Shown here: in pieces, positions 10,759 through 23,640 of the stretch
Numbering within the stretch: position 1 is the first letter of the stretch
How the letters are laid out: every line of letters begins with the position of its first letter
Source of the DNA: Octopus bimaculoides
Taxonomy: Eukaryota
Reading direction: 5' to 3'
Assembly (NCBI RefSeq): GCF_001194135.2
Contig: NC_069004.1
Span: 12,053,902 to 12,117,901 of the forward strand
Length of the DNA: 64,000 nt
Program-made: the position numbers and the translations under genes
Notes under the pieces: generated by a model
What the model saw: the letters and a program-made list of their open reading frames with translations, nothing else
Told to the model about the DNA's origin: nothing
The model's database searches: none

Positions 10759-11442
10759 ACGGAACTAAATATTATAAGATATTTCAACCACTCAGGGTGT
10801 GTCCACTTTTTAATCTTGGTTCAAATCCGACTGTGATCAATAAAATAAAGAGCACTTAGCTACTAGACTCAATCTAACCAACTGTTCCCCCCTCCCCTTC
10901 ATCTAATCAATATTTGACCATTGGTATTTCACTGTAGTCTTTCCTGGCTTATTGATCACAAGATGTCATCAAAGTGGGATTCATTGTAATATCCCTAAAC
11001 ACCAACAGTAAAATAAGTTTCAGTTTAATCAGCCAGAAAAATTTAAACAGCTGTTTAAAAAATTTTTTTTTTTTTTCATCCATTAATCAATCGATATTGG
11101 TTCAAATCATTGAATCACTTTAAACGACAGAGGTGGAGACTGACAGGATTTTAATTCTAATGCTAATTAATCTTTCATTGTCATTCTTCAAAGACCTTCT
11201 CAGTCAACTGGAAATGTTACAGACTGAAAATACTATGTTTTTACCGTTTTCTATAGAGGAATCAAGTGATCAAACCAGTTTGTATTCATTGAAAAAAAGA
11301 TAGCTGATTTGTTGCAAAATGGTCCAGAAATTTCTGTTTTCTGATGGAATATTTCTCTGACCTAGCACTATAAAAATTTAATTTAACCATCTTACTAAAA
11401 TACAAGAATTTTAGATAAATTTCAATTTTTCCATGTCCAGCG

Positions 11443-11663
11443 GTTAGACCAGCTCTCTGTTAATTTAGGTAATGAGTTAGACCAGGTCTATGTTAATTAA
11501 TTAGACTAGGTCTATATTAGTTTAGGTAATTAGTTAAACTGGATCTATACTGATGTATTTAATTAGACCACGTCTATATTAGTTTAGGTAATTAGTTAGA
11601 CCAGGACTATATTGATTTATTTAATAGTTAGGCCTCTATATTAGTTTTGGCAATTAGACCAGG
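11443..11663. repeat. Degenerate minisatellite (ttagaccaggtctatattagtttaggtaa-like units)
   Basis: About 7 imperfect tandem units of roughly 30 bp. Confidence 0.75.
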
Positions 11664-11842
11664 TGGGGGTGGGAAAATCAATTATATTGACTCCAGGGCT
11701 CAACTGGTACTTAATTTATCAAGCCGAAAGGATAAAAGACAAAGTCAACCTCAGTAGAATTTGAACTCAAAACATAGCGGCAGATAAAATACTGCTAAGC
11801 ATTTTGCCTGGCATGCTAACGATTCTGCCAGCTTGCCACCTT
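11664..11842 (-). mobile_element. SINE family B
   Basis: caaagtcaacctcagtagaatttgaactcaaaac...gctaacgattctgccagcttgccacc. Confidence 0.85.
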
Positions 11843-11846
11843 AATT

Positions 11847-11909
<63 letters not shown>

Positions 11910-13254
11910 TTATCATCTTGGAGTTCATTTTATAGATTTTGATACAACCTGTGAGACACAGACGTAACATTAGATTTGTAGGCCAATGAAGTACAGACCC
12001 AATACTTTGGTATTTAGTTACATCCCTTTGTATTCCATGTTCAGATCCCACCTACTCCCCAATGACCAGAGTCAATTTCATTGGTCGGTTGTGTTCTTTC
12101 CCAAATTTATTGTCTTGTAGCAATATTACACCCCAAGTATTTTAAAATGAAACATTTAAAATATTCTTTTGTTAATCTCTATATTTCGTTATCTAAAATT
12201 GTCGGTGGAGAAGGTGGGGTGGAATCTTGGATTTTTCTTTTTTTCCTTTTTTTTATTTTTTATTTTTTTTTTTTTTGTCTGTTATCAGTAGCCATCGTCT
12301 CTTATTTCAGTGACTACAAAAAATATTTTTGTTGTTCTTCCCAACAGAAGACGCTAAAATACAAGTTGAAAGATGGCTTTGTTAAAGGAACATTAAGAGA
12401 AAATTTAGAAGGATTATTCTGGGCCAAAGAAACCCTAGACTTTTCTGATAGAAATCTAATAGCCTCAGTTATGTGCCTTACAAACATTTCTTCATCGTTA
12501 GCTTTCTTTATTTCATTATTTTTTTAACGAACTCTTAACCTTGATTTTTGAGTGTTGTTGAAAACACACTTCTTTTGTAACTGAAGGCATTTTGCGGATA
12601 ACAGTGGCGTTTGTCTGGAAACAAATCCAAATTATATTTTAGAATATTCTAGTGTTTCGGTAAAATATTCTGCTCTGTTGACATCTTCAGCCTAGGTTTT
12701 CCCAAAGAATAACCTTTACTATCACAGTAGCAACGCCACCCTCCATCAGCACCACATTCACCATCACAACAACTAACACTATCACTAACCATAAGAACAA
12801 CCACCGCCAACAGCACCACCACAACTGCCACCACCTCCACCACTAACCTTCATCTCCACCAATACCACCACCACCACCATAACAGACCCCCACACCAACC
12901 ACCACCACCACATGGCAATTCCATACCAGACTGAGAACCATCAGAATGTTTCCTTCTTTGCTTTGTGCATTCTAAGTGTTTAACCCTGGGCTAACCATGA
13001 TTCACTTGGTCTGTGATCAAAGACATTCCAATTAAGGTTGACGGAAACTGTGTGGAAGCATGCTGTGTGTATGTGTTTGTTTGTTTGTGTGTGTGTGTGT
13101 GTGTGTATTATATATATATGTGTGTGTGTATTATATATATGTGTGTGTGTATGTGAGTGTATACATGTGTGTTTGTGTATGTGTATATATGTGTTTGTGT
13201 GTGTTTTGGGTGTCTCCACTACTATCACTGCTGCTACTGCTTGACAATTTGTGT

Positions 13255-13445
13255 TGGTTTGTTTATGTTTCTTTAACTTAGCAGTTCAGCAAAAGAGACT
13301 AATGAAATATGTACCAGACTTAAAAAAAAACAAAAGCAAAACATAAGTATTAGGGTTGATTTGTTTGACTTAAAACCCTTCGAGTTTCGAGTAAGTGCTC
13401 CAGCATGATCACAATTTAATGACTGAAACAAGTAAAACAAAAATG
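13255..13445 (+). mobile_element. SINE family A, 3' part
   Basis: aacttagcagttcagcaaaagagac...gtgctccagcatg...gactgaaacaagtaaaa. Confidence 0.7.
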
Positions 13446-14507
13446 ATATCTTATATTAAGGAATAATATACCTAGGAATACTGGGTACATTGGAAGGTTG
13501 GTATTGTTGTGGTGGTAGTAGAGGGGCAGTGTGCCTGAGTGTGACCTCTGGAGGTCACTTCTAATTATGTATTCATGAAATTTATTATTGCTACCCTTTT
13601 TTTGCTACTCTTTTATTATTCCACCTCCCACTCTCCCTTATCCTTCTTTTCCTTTCTCATTTTCTTTCTCTCCCCCTTCTCTCTCTGTCTCTCCTCCCTC
13701 CATCTCTCCTTCCTCCGTATCCACTGTAAAATAATACAAGATATTCTGAACAGTCATTTATTGTATGTATATAGATGAGTGTATATAGCTTATCTGTGTG
13801 TCTTTCTATTTGTGTGCGTGTGTCTACAGCTGTGTCTGTGTGTCCGCACGTCATTCAGTGAGTATCCATTTGTGACTGTTTGTATATGCATGCATTTGTG
13901 TGCATGTGTGTGTGTATGCGCGTGTGTGTGTGTGTACATATGTGTATGTATGTATAAATGCATGTGTGTGTGCATGTGCACACACACACATACATGTCCA
14001 TGTGCCTTTCCACTTCAATTAATAGTCAAAAAATAATTCCAATTTGTCAAAGCCATCACAAGTTCTGCTCTTTTTTTTTTATTGATTTTTGAGAGAGAGA
14101 GAGAGAGAGAGAGAGAAAGTGGGAGAAGAGAGTGAGAAAGTGGAGAAAGGAAGAGAGAGAGAGAGAGAGAGCAATAAAAAAAAAAGACTGGTATTTGTCA
14201 CATGTAATGGTGGCCTCCACCAATTAGTTTCCCTTCCTTTTTACGTCAGCAATCGCTAAAACATTATCACAGAACATTAGATTTGAGGTTTGAAGGGGAA
14301 ATTCCAGAAGTGACCATCTCTAAGAAACATTGTTTCAACAGGCCTCCTCTGAACCCAAACTAACATGGAAAAGTAGATGTTAAAGTGATAACGACGATGA
14401 TGCGTTTATCTAGGACTACACTGTCTAATGTGTCCTTGTTCTTTTAACATTGTAGATTGTGATTTGAAGGAGTTTTGGTCTTATTTGTAGCAAGTCAAGA
14501 TGCATTC

Positions 14508-14912
14508 CTACGAGCTGTGTTGTAAGTAGCTTGCTTACGAACCACATGGTTCTGGGTTCAATCCTACTGCGTGGCACCTTGAGCAAGTGTCTTCTACTAT
14601 AGCTTCGGGCCGACCAAAGCCTTATGAGTGGATTTGGTGGACGGAAACTGAAAGAAGCCTGTCATATATATGTATACAGATGTGTGTGTGTGTGTGTGTA
14701 TATGTTTGTGTGTCTGTGTATGTTCCCCCCAACATCGCTTGACAACCGATGCTGGTGTGTTTAGGTCCCCGTAACTTAGCGGTTCAGCAAAAAGAGACCT
14801 ATAGAATAAGTACTAGGCTTACAAAGAATAAGTCCTGGGGTCAATTTGCGCGACTAAAGGCGGTGCTCCAGCATGGCCGCAGTCAAAATGACTGAAACAA
14901 GTAAAAGAGAAA
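14508..14912 (+). mobile_element. SINE family A, full length with internal (TA/TG)n
   Basis: Head gggttcaatcc, body ggcaccttgagcaagtgtcttctactatagc, tail gactgaaacaagtaaaagag. Confidence 0.9.
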
Positions 14913-15464
14913 GGGAAAATGGTTTGACGAAAGAAATGCAATGAATCATAAAATTTCTTGAAGATTTCAAGATCTCTAATGGAATCTTGAGAAAACCATT
15001 TCTGTGGAGCAGAAATCCCTGTTGATACAATTCTTGTTAGAAAATCTGACTGAGAAATCTGGGAGAACCTATTGGCCCCTTTTTGCTTTGTTGTTTACTG
15101 TTAGAAATATGTAATTCTAAAACTGAATGTTTCCAAGAATAATAACTTCTTGGTTCTGTGTGTCTTGTTTAACGTCTCCCAGGAACCGTTTTTAACTTTA
15201 ACATCATGCTATCAGGAAATCTCATGCTGTCTTTGACTTCAAAGAACAAACTGAAGTGTTTACAGAACATGAATGTATATTTTGCAAATCTTAGATGGAA
15301 TCTCTTTACCATTTTGTACGACGTCATTCTGGAACTATCCTTACATTGGTAAACACACCAATCATAGCTCTGGAATATATTTCATCGCCAGCAGAATTTG
15401 TACCAGCATCATCACCACCATCATCATCATCACCACCATCTTCTTCATTGTAATTACCACCACC

Positions 15465-15498
<34 letters not shown>

Positions 15499-15607
15499 TC
15501 ATTGTAATAGAATTATACAAAAATACTTTTTGCCACCCCACACCACCATTTGTCTTCTGAATTCTAGTTTACGGTAAACTTCTTGAGATGAATGACAGAG
15601 AGATAAG

Positions 15608-15790
15608 GTGCAGGTGTGGTGGTGTGGTAAGAATCTTGCTTCCCAACCACATGGTTCTGGGTTCAGTCCCACTGCATGGCACCTTGGGCAAGTGTCTTCT
15701 ACTATAGCCTCAGGCTGACCAGAGCCTTATGAGTGGATTTGGTAGATGGAAACTGAAAGAAGCCTGTTTGTGTGTGTGTGTGTGTGTGAA
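15608..15790 (+). mobile_element. SINE family A, 5' half
   Basis: Head to gaaactgaaagaagcc, then (TG)n. Confidence 0.85.
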
Positions 15791-16865
15791 TGTGTGTGTG
15801 TGTGTGCATATACACATATAAATAAATATACATTTACTCATTTAGGCTGAAATGATAACATGCTGATATATATATATAAAATCATCATTTAACATCCATT
15901 TTCCATGCTAGCATGGGGTAGATGATATGACAGACTCTGGCAAGGCCGGGAGCCATTGTCCATTTTGGCATGGTTTCTACAGTTGGCCACCCTTCCTAAT
16001 GCCAACCTTTTTATAGAGTGTACTGGGTGCTTTTCATGTGACACCATTGTTATATGCCCATCTGATTCCCTAGCCACAGAGACTCCATAGGGTCCCTCAG
16101 TTTGCTAGAATATAGCAACCAAGACATCTTTAAAGTTACACCCCAACATCTTATATAAAAGTACAGTTACTTTGGATAGTGTAGTCCAAGATGAAGGTCA
16201 TAACTAAAACACGTTTCTTCTTCACAGATTAACTGGATCAGTGCTGTCCTGTGGTTAAACACAACCGCCACTACCACTAACCACATCAATAACATCACAC
16301 AAAAGAGGGATCAATATCATTTATTGATGAAATTATCTAATTAATATTAAGTTTAAAAAGAAAGATATCTAAAATATTGCTGCATTTTCTAGCAGGGTCG
16401 AATGACCTCATAGAGAAGGGCTCCCTTGTTAGCTCAGCTATGACATAGAGAGGAACTAGGAAGGGTGGTTTTAATTGTCAACCTGACTGAAATAACCACA
16501 GGGGGCAGTGGTGGTTGATTGAGGGGTGTGGCGGATGGGTTGGGTGGGTGGAGGGAGTCCAGTTGTCAAGAACTTTCCTAGAGATGGTGGTGAGGAAGAG
16601 GTGGGGGGGTGAGGAACTGTGAGGAGGACTTAATTAAACTGCTTTGTTTTGTTTGTTAATGAATGGCAAAAATATTAAAAATGATAAATCACTTTCCTCA
16701 ACGTCATATGCACACACACACACACACACACATGCAGACATTTAGATATGCCTGCACATACATACACATATACACACATACAGTTGTGCACATATATACA
16801 CACACACACAGATATATATGCAAATACACTCACACACAGATATACATACACTTGCATACATATAC

Positions 16866-16906
<41 letters not shown>

Positions 16907-17104
16907 NNNNNNNNNNNNTATTAGTTTTTGTGAAATGAAACCAAAAAAAAAAAAAAGAAACAAAAATGGAAATGTTCCAGTTGTTATAGAATTTCTGATG
17001 TTTGTATTATTTCATGTGATTTGACAATTGTCTTGGAGAAACCACCATTCCAGTTGACTGTTCCAGAAACATGGTTCCACACAACTCACACTATGCACTT
17101 TCGC

Positions 17105-17146
<42 letters not shown>

Positions 17147-17689
17147 CAGCACAGAGCCAGTAGGAACTTGAGCTTCACTAAGCAATATATTTTACAGAGA
17201 CGTTGTTATCGTTATTGTCGTTGTTGCTGTTGTTGAAAATGACTTTTATTTCCAATTGTCTGTCATTGATTCCTGGAAGTAGCCACCACCACTGCCACTG
17301 CCACCACCACCGTTCTGACTAGGAACCGTTTTTGCTACCAATTCTATTGTGAACAAACTTGGACGACCGTTGTTTGAAGACAGCCAGAAGCATCAGCTGT
17401 GATAAAACAAAGAGAAATTTTAGGAGGAATAAAACAAAAAAATCACTTGATGTGTGTAAAAGAAATATGAAATAATGGCAATTGTGTGCATAGTAATGTT
17501 GTTGTTGTTGTTGTTGTTGTTGTGATCAGTCGGTGGAAGAAATAACTCCATGCTTTCCATTCCTCAAACGTAAAACAGCTTCAGAATTTTTAGGAAGTCA
17601 TTGCTTTTCTGTCTATTCTCTTTAAGATAGATAAAATAGTACAGGTATCAGTGATACACTGGGGATAAATTGTCATATTGTGTATCATC

Positions 17690-18055
17690 ATCATCATCAA
17701 CATCATCGTTGTTTAACGTCCGCTTTCCATGCTAGCATGGGTTGGACGATTTGACTGAGGACTGGTGAAAACCAGATGACTACACCAGGCTCCAATATGA
17801 TTTGGCAGAGTTTCTACAGCTGGATGCCCTTCCTAACGCCAACCACTCCGAGAGTGTAGTGGGTGCTTTTACATGCCACCGGCACGAGGGCCAGTCAGGA
17901 GGTACTGGCAACAGCCATGCTCAGAACAGTGTATTTTAAGTGCCACCTGCACAGGAGCCAGTTCGGCGGCACTGGCAATGATCTCGCTCGAATGTCTTTA
18001 CACGTGCTATCCGGCACAAGTGCCAGGAAGGCGATGCTGGGTGCAGGTGCCATGA
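17690..18055 (-). mobile_element. 5'-truncated RTE-clade LINE 3' UTR
   Basis: Minus strand ends ...gcatggaaagcggacgttaaac(gat)n; the same sequence follows RTE ORF2 residues at 52270-52712. Confidence 0.85.
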
Positions 18056-18066
18056 CAATTTATTTA

Positions 18067-18142
<76 letters not shown>

Positions 18143-18145
<3 letters not shown>

Positions 18146-18302
18146 ACAAAGCAAATGTACATGAATTACGATCATTGCTAGAAATTGCAGCCAGTAAGTT
18201 ATCTCTGCTTGTGGACATTCAGTGAAGCTCTACATACTGCTGATAACTTACCGGCTGCTATTTCTAGCAATGATTGTACTTCATGTACATTTGCTTTGTA
18301 TC
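18143..18302. mobile_element. Fold-back / MITE-like element with 60-bp arms
   Basis: 18144-18203 versus 18242-18301 are reverse complements with 4 mismatches; 38-nt spacer; flanked by TA at 18141-18142 and 18303-18304. Confidence 0.75.
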
Positions 18303-18620
18303 TATAATTCTACTTTTTATGGTGATTTATTCTTGCTGGATAGTCGTATTATTATTTTTGATAATATTTATATCTCTTGTATGTATAAATATATATGGAG
18401 TGGCTGTGTGGTAAGTAGCTTGCTTACCAACCACATGGTAACCTTGTCACCAACCTCATCACAATGGGGTAACATGAGCAGCAGAAGCTTCACTGATAGT
18501 AATGACAGGGATGTATGAACATCATCCCTCCTTTCTCCACTCTCAGTTGAGGGCTGTTTCCTTTTTTTTTTTTTGTGTCTTGCAAGGTACCTGGTAACCT
18601 TGTCAGTGAGGGGGCCATGT

Positions 18621-18776
18621 AAAAAGCACTGGTGCTTGAGCCACGTGAAAGGCACTGGTGCTGGTGCCACATAAAAGGCACCAGTGCTGGTACCACATAA
18701 AAGGCGCTGGTGCTGGAGCCACGTAAAAGGCACTGGTGCTGGTGCCACATAGAAGGCGCTGGTGCTGGTGCCATGT
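18621..18776 (+). repeat. 26-bp minisatellite x6 inside an RTE-type 3' UTR copy (~18600-18950)
   Basis: aaaaggcactggtgctggtgccacat x6, followed by aaaaagcacccagtacactc...gcatccagctgtagaaa. Confidence 0.9.
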
Positions 18777-19654
18777 AAAAAGCACCCAGTACACTCTGTA
18801 AAGTGCTTGATGTTATGAAGAGCATCCAGCTGTAGAAATCATTGCAAAACAAGCAATGGAACCTGGTACAGCCCCTGACCTTGCCACTTCCTGTTAAACC
18901 ATCTACCCCATGTCAGTCTAGAAAACAGATATTAAATGATGTCTCTTCTGTAGCCATCAACTATCAAATAGGAACATCAAGTACAAGAGTGTCCCTAACA
19001 GCCATCAGCCTCTCTGATAGCCATTCGTCTCCCATATTCGCCAGTCCTCCTCAGTTCCCCATGTCTAATCATAGGGAGATATTAACTTTTTTGGAAACAG
19101 GTGAGGATTGGTGACAGGTAGAGTATCCAGCCATAGAAAATCTGCCTCAGCATAGTTTGTCCAACCAATGTGAGAGCATGGAAAACTGGATGTTGAAACA
19201 ATGCTGAGGATTCTTCATGTTTACATTTGTCTTGTAAAGCGATCCATCTCTGTAGAAATCCCAATTCCAAGGAAGCTGAGATAATGAACAATCTTGATTG
19301 ATTAATTTTCCTAGAAGAGAGATGTCTACTTAGTCAGCAGTTCCCATTTGTTTTGCTAGATTTATGAAACCACACTGTCCAAAAGGTCAGTTTATCCACT
19401 AACACTGTCCCCTACCAATTGTACAGCTCGTTGACTTTTAGTAATTAGTGTCCTGTGATCTGACGTTGTTAATTATTTGTTAAGTAATTATAATGGCTGA
19501 AGTTAAATGTAACCTTGTGTTCTACATGTGTGTTTGTGTCGAAGATACATGTCCAACATGTTAATGTATGAAACAGAGAGAGAGAGAGACAGATATATAT
19601 GTATATATGTATTCTCATGCATATAGTTACATATCTAGACATGTTCATATATAT

Positions 19655-20420
19655 TCAAACGATAAACTTCTGGAAAGTTTTACACATTTTTACAGTTCCA
19701 GTGATGGACTGGATCTGCAGTCTTCGAATTAGCTTTCTCCTTTCTGGTTTTGAGAAGCCTAATTATTCAAGATTGGTATTTAGGCAGTGTATTACATATC
19801 CCAGTGCCCCAATAATTACAGGTATAAACCTGAACTTGTAATCTGGATAGAGTAACTGCAGATTTCTCAATAGTTCAACATGGTTGTTCTCTTTTTCACT
19901 GATCTTCAGCTTTATGTTAACATCCGCTGGGCAGCTAATTTCCACAACTGTGCACAGTTTCTCTTTTCTATCCCAAATCATTATATCTGGTCTGTTGTGC
20001 TTACATTTTACTGAAGTCTTCACTGATACATTCCACCAGTATTCCTTTTTATTATGAGTGACTGTGGCTTCTACCATATTGTCGGTTTTTATTTCTTTGT
20101 CTCCGGAATTATCCTTCCAATGGATTTCATTAGGGAGTGTCCTAGTTACAACGTCATGTCTCATCAGTAGATAATACCGTGATGCCATTTTCGGACAACT
20201 GCTTATGATATAGGTGATATCTTCAGTGTGAACTCCACAAAGTCTGCATCGGTTGTCACATTTTCTTGCTTTCTCTACGTCATTGTCCTTTTTGTGTATC
20301 AGGTATTTGGTTGATATTTCCTGTTCCTGGATTGCAAACGTATACCCTTCAAAGTGGGAGGTAGTAATTCAGCTATTCGTCCATAATAAACTGCTTTGAT
20401 GATCAAGGTTACTATCATCA
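19655..20420 (-). mobile_element. RLE-type non-LTR retrotransposon ORF fragment: zinc knuckle plus restriction-like endonuclease
   Basis: Minus translation EGYTFAIQEQEISTKY...CRLCGVHTEDITYIISSCPKMASRYYLLMRHD...NRPDIMIWDRKEKLCTVVEISCPAD...IPVIIGALG; internal stops, so a pseudogene. Confidence 0.9.
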
Positions 20421-20424
20421 TGGA

Positions 20425-21133
20425 ACTTTTTATGTGTGTGTGTATGTATGTATGTATGTATGTATGTACAAGTGTGTGTGTGTGTATGCATGTATGTCCA
20501 TATGTATACATGTATATATGCATGTATGTACATATGTATGCATGTACATGCATGTACATATGTATGTATGCATGTACATACATGTGTGTGTGTGTATGCA
20601 TGTACATACATGTGTGTGTGTGTGTGTGTATGCATGTACATACATGTGTGTGTATGTATGCATGTACATACGTATGTGTATATATGTATGCATGTACATA
20701 CATGTATACGTATGTATGCATGTACATATCTATGTATGCATGTACATACATATGTATGTGTGTGTATGAATGTGTGCATGTACATACGTATGTGTGTGTG
20801 TATGTGCATGTACATACGTATGTGTGTGTATGTGTGCATATACATACATGTGTGTGTATATGTGCATGTACATACATATGTGTGTGTATATGTGCATGTA
20901 CATACATATGTGCTTGTATATGTGCATGTACATACATGTGTTTGTATGTATGCACATGCATATGTGTCTGTGTATGTATGTACATAGAGAGATAGCTAGA
21001 TATGAATATATTACTAGTTATATTTCTGTCTGACTGTCTGAGACTCAAAGAGAGACAGACAGACAGACAGTGTGTGTCAGAGTGAGAGAGAGAGGGAGAC
21101 AGACAGACAGACAGACATGCATGCAAAGAGAAT

Positions 21134-21180
<47 letters not shown>
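20425..21180. repeat. Complex (TATG/CATG/TG/GACA)n satellite tract
   Basis: Directly visible low-complexity repeats. Confidence 0.95.
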
Positions 21181-21183
<3 letters not shown>

Positions 21184-22196
21184 TTTTCGCCAGATTAAGT
21201 CCAGTTGTGTTATGATAGTGAATGTAAATATAAGGATACCTGAAACAACAAATTTTTTTAGTTCTTACCCTGGGGAGTGGGGCAGGGTTAGAATGGGAGG
21301 TCCTTGTTAACAAATCGTCAAAACATGTTTTTTTGTGTTTCTGTGCATGTGTACCAGTTTACCTTAATTGTCTGCCTCCCATGTTGTAAACCTTAGTGAG
21401 GTGGCATTTCATTGAATCACCTTACATCATTTGTGATTGTGTTTATAGAAATAAATCTCCAAGGTGCCCACCTCCATTGACTCCAAGTTCTAGCTTTGGA
21501 TTTTCAGTTAAAATGATTCCGCTACATTTACAGTCATGCTGCTTATGATTTAGGGAAAGGCATGAATACCTCAACATCCTAGATTCTGCTCCCCTGAAGT
21601 GATTTTTACCTGTCCAATATCAACCTGTCTGAACCCACCCCCTCATCCTGTGATATAAGCTTTAAACGCTTTGGATTCAAACCCCAACCCCTAAGACCCA
21701 CCACTACTGGCGCCACCACTGCTTCTATGATACAAATGACAAACTTTGTGTTTTAAAATGATCCAAATTAAAATCTCCCATCAAAATTTTGTAGTAATTT
21801 TTTATTCAAATATGGGATTAAGAATAATAATAACGAGTTGCGTTTATGTTTTCGTTTTGCAAGATTTTTAATGTGAAATCATGTATTGAAACAGATATTG
21901 TTATATTTGGGGATGGTCATGTTTTGCCATTTAAACACACATGCTATATTTGATCTTCACTTTATCATTATTATTATTATTATTAGACAATAAGAAGAGC
22001 GCAATACAATTTGCAATAGCTTGTTTATTTAACGGTTTGAACAATATTTTAACAGATTGCCTGCCTGTCTTCTTCACATTTAAAAAGTAAAATGAAAGCA
22101 AAATTGCAGAAACACAGAAATTAACAGTTGGCTTGTCAATCTTTATAAATTATTATCATTGTTAATAGTTTAATAATAATGATGGTGGTGGTGATG

Positions 22197-22228
<32 letters not shown>

Positions 22229-22550
22229 AAAGTGAAGATTAAAAAAATAGTGCATGCGTTTAATCAGCAAAAGTTGATGACCATCTCCACATGTAACAAT
22301 AATAAAGTTATTTTACTAAATTCTTCATTTTTTTCTTTGTTCCAAAATTAATTAAAACAAAGACAGTGTATTCCTACAGAAATATGGTAACAAAAGGTTT
22401 TATGTTATCTCACATCATTATATTGGGTGCAAATGTGGCTGTGGTGAAGAAATTTGTTTCCCATGAACTCAGGTTCAGTCCCACTGTGTAGGACCTTGGA
22501 CAGCATAAATGAGTGAATTTGCTAGATGGAAACTAAAAGAAGCCCATCAA

Positions 22551-22590
<40 letters not shown>

Positions 22591-22619
22591 CTGCATTAGA
22601 AACTGATGAGTGAAAATTT

Positions 22620-22698
22620 TGTAAATAATAATTATAAGCTTTAAGCTTTAATGCACTGTGAATGCTTATAAGCTTACAGCTTATAATTATTATTTACA
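22620..22698. repeat. AT-rich hairpin with 29-bp arms
   Basis: 22620-22648 versus 22670-22698, one mismatch. Confidence 0.85.
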
Positions 22699-23019
22699 GA
22701 ATATATATATATATAAATGTCTCCAAAAATTAGAGAATGGAGTAGATAACTCTTCAGGCCAAGGATACCTCGATTACATGAAGTTTGTATGTGTGTATAT
22801 ATATATATGAGTTTTTATACTAGCTGGAGATGAACACTGTCTCATGTGGCAGACTTGAATAATTGTTGAGAGATATCTCTCTGAACATGAAACCAATAGT
22901 CTGGTTGCCTCATAAATAAAGAATATTTATCCACCAATATGGTGTTGTGCATTTGTTTTTACTATTCAGTATTAACATGTGTGTGTGTGTGTAGATAGCG
23001 ATATAGATAAAATATATGC

Positions 23020-23228
23020 AAGGTGTATGTGTCTGTGCCTCTTTGTCTTGACATTATTGTTGTAAACGAGTGCCACTGTCATACAAGCAGTGTCATTCAT
23101 TTTCAATATTCTGTGGGAACAAGGCCATGGAGAAACAGATACCTCACTTGTAACTAGGTAAGGGTTGGCAACAGGAAGAGCATCCGACCCATACAAGTAT
23201 GGAAAGGTAGATGTTAAAATGATGTGAT
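23020..23228 (+). mobile_element. Dispersed repeat family G with RTE-like tail
   Basis: gccactgtcatacaagcagtgtc...gcatgga(a)ag.gga.gttaaa.gatg tail; related copies at ~19070-19200 and ~60820-61048. Confidence 0.6.
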
Positions 23229-23374
23229 GGCCATCATATACAAAGGAATAATTTCAGTTATTCCTCCTGGTCTTCTGTTTCCATCTACCAAATCCACTCA
23301 CAAGGCTTTGGGTCAGTGAATGTAATGTGTTGGGGAGTACCTGGATCTCCATCTGCTACAATAATGAGGGTTCC

Positions 23375-23640
23375 ATTTGATCCACTTAATGGAACAGTCT
23401 GCTCATGAAATTAACGTGCAACTGGTTGAGCACCCAATGGACATGTCTCCTTAACATAGCTCTCAGGGAGATTCAGCGTGACACAGAATCTGACAAGGCT
23501 GGCCCTTTGAATTACAGGTACAACTTATTTTTGCCAGTTGGGTGAACTGGAGCAACATGAAATAGAGTACCTTGCTCAAGGGCACAGGAATCCTTACACT
23601 CATGAGCTGAATACTCTAACCACTAAGCCATGTACTTCAC
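23375..23640 (-). mobile_element. SINE family E, diverged
   Basis: Reverse complement of the 27147-27473 body (gattcagcgtgacacagaatctgacaaggctggccctttgaattacagg). Confidence 0.75.

Noticed and set aside
12347-12527. Strong + acceptor (ttcttcccaacag|) inside ORF 12081-12527
   Set aside because: No donor and no recognisable peptide; the upstream ORF is low-complexity T-rich sequence.
16537-16555. G-quadruplex consensus motifs (also 46497-46525)
   Set aside because: They match G3N1-7 x4 but lie in degenerate (GGT)n-like sequence with no functional context.
18621-18776. CRISPR-like periodicity (also 39273-39830 and 47925-48380)
   Set aside because: The units are contiguous tandem repeats without unique spacers, there are no cas genes, and the context is eukaryotic.
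22603-22616. CTGATGAgtGAAA hammerhead-like word
   Set aside because: No stem II, stem III or stem I pairing.
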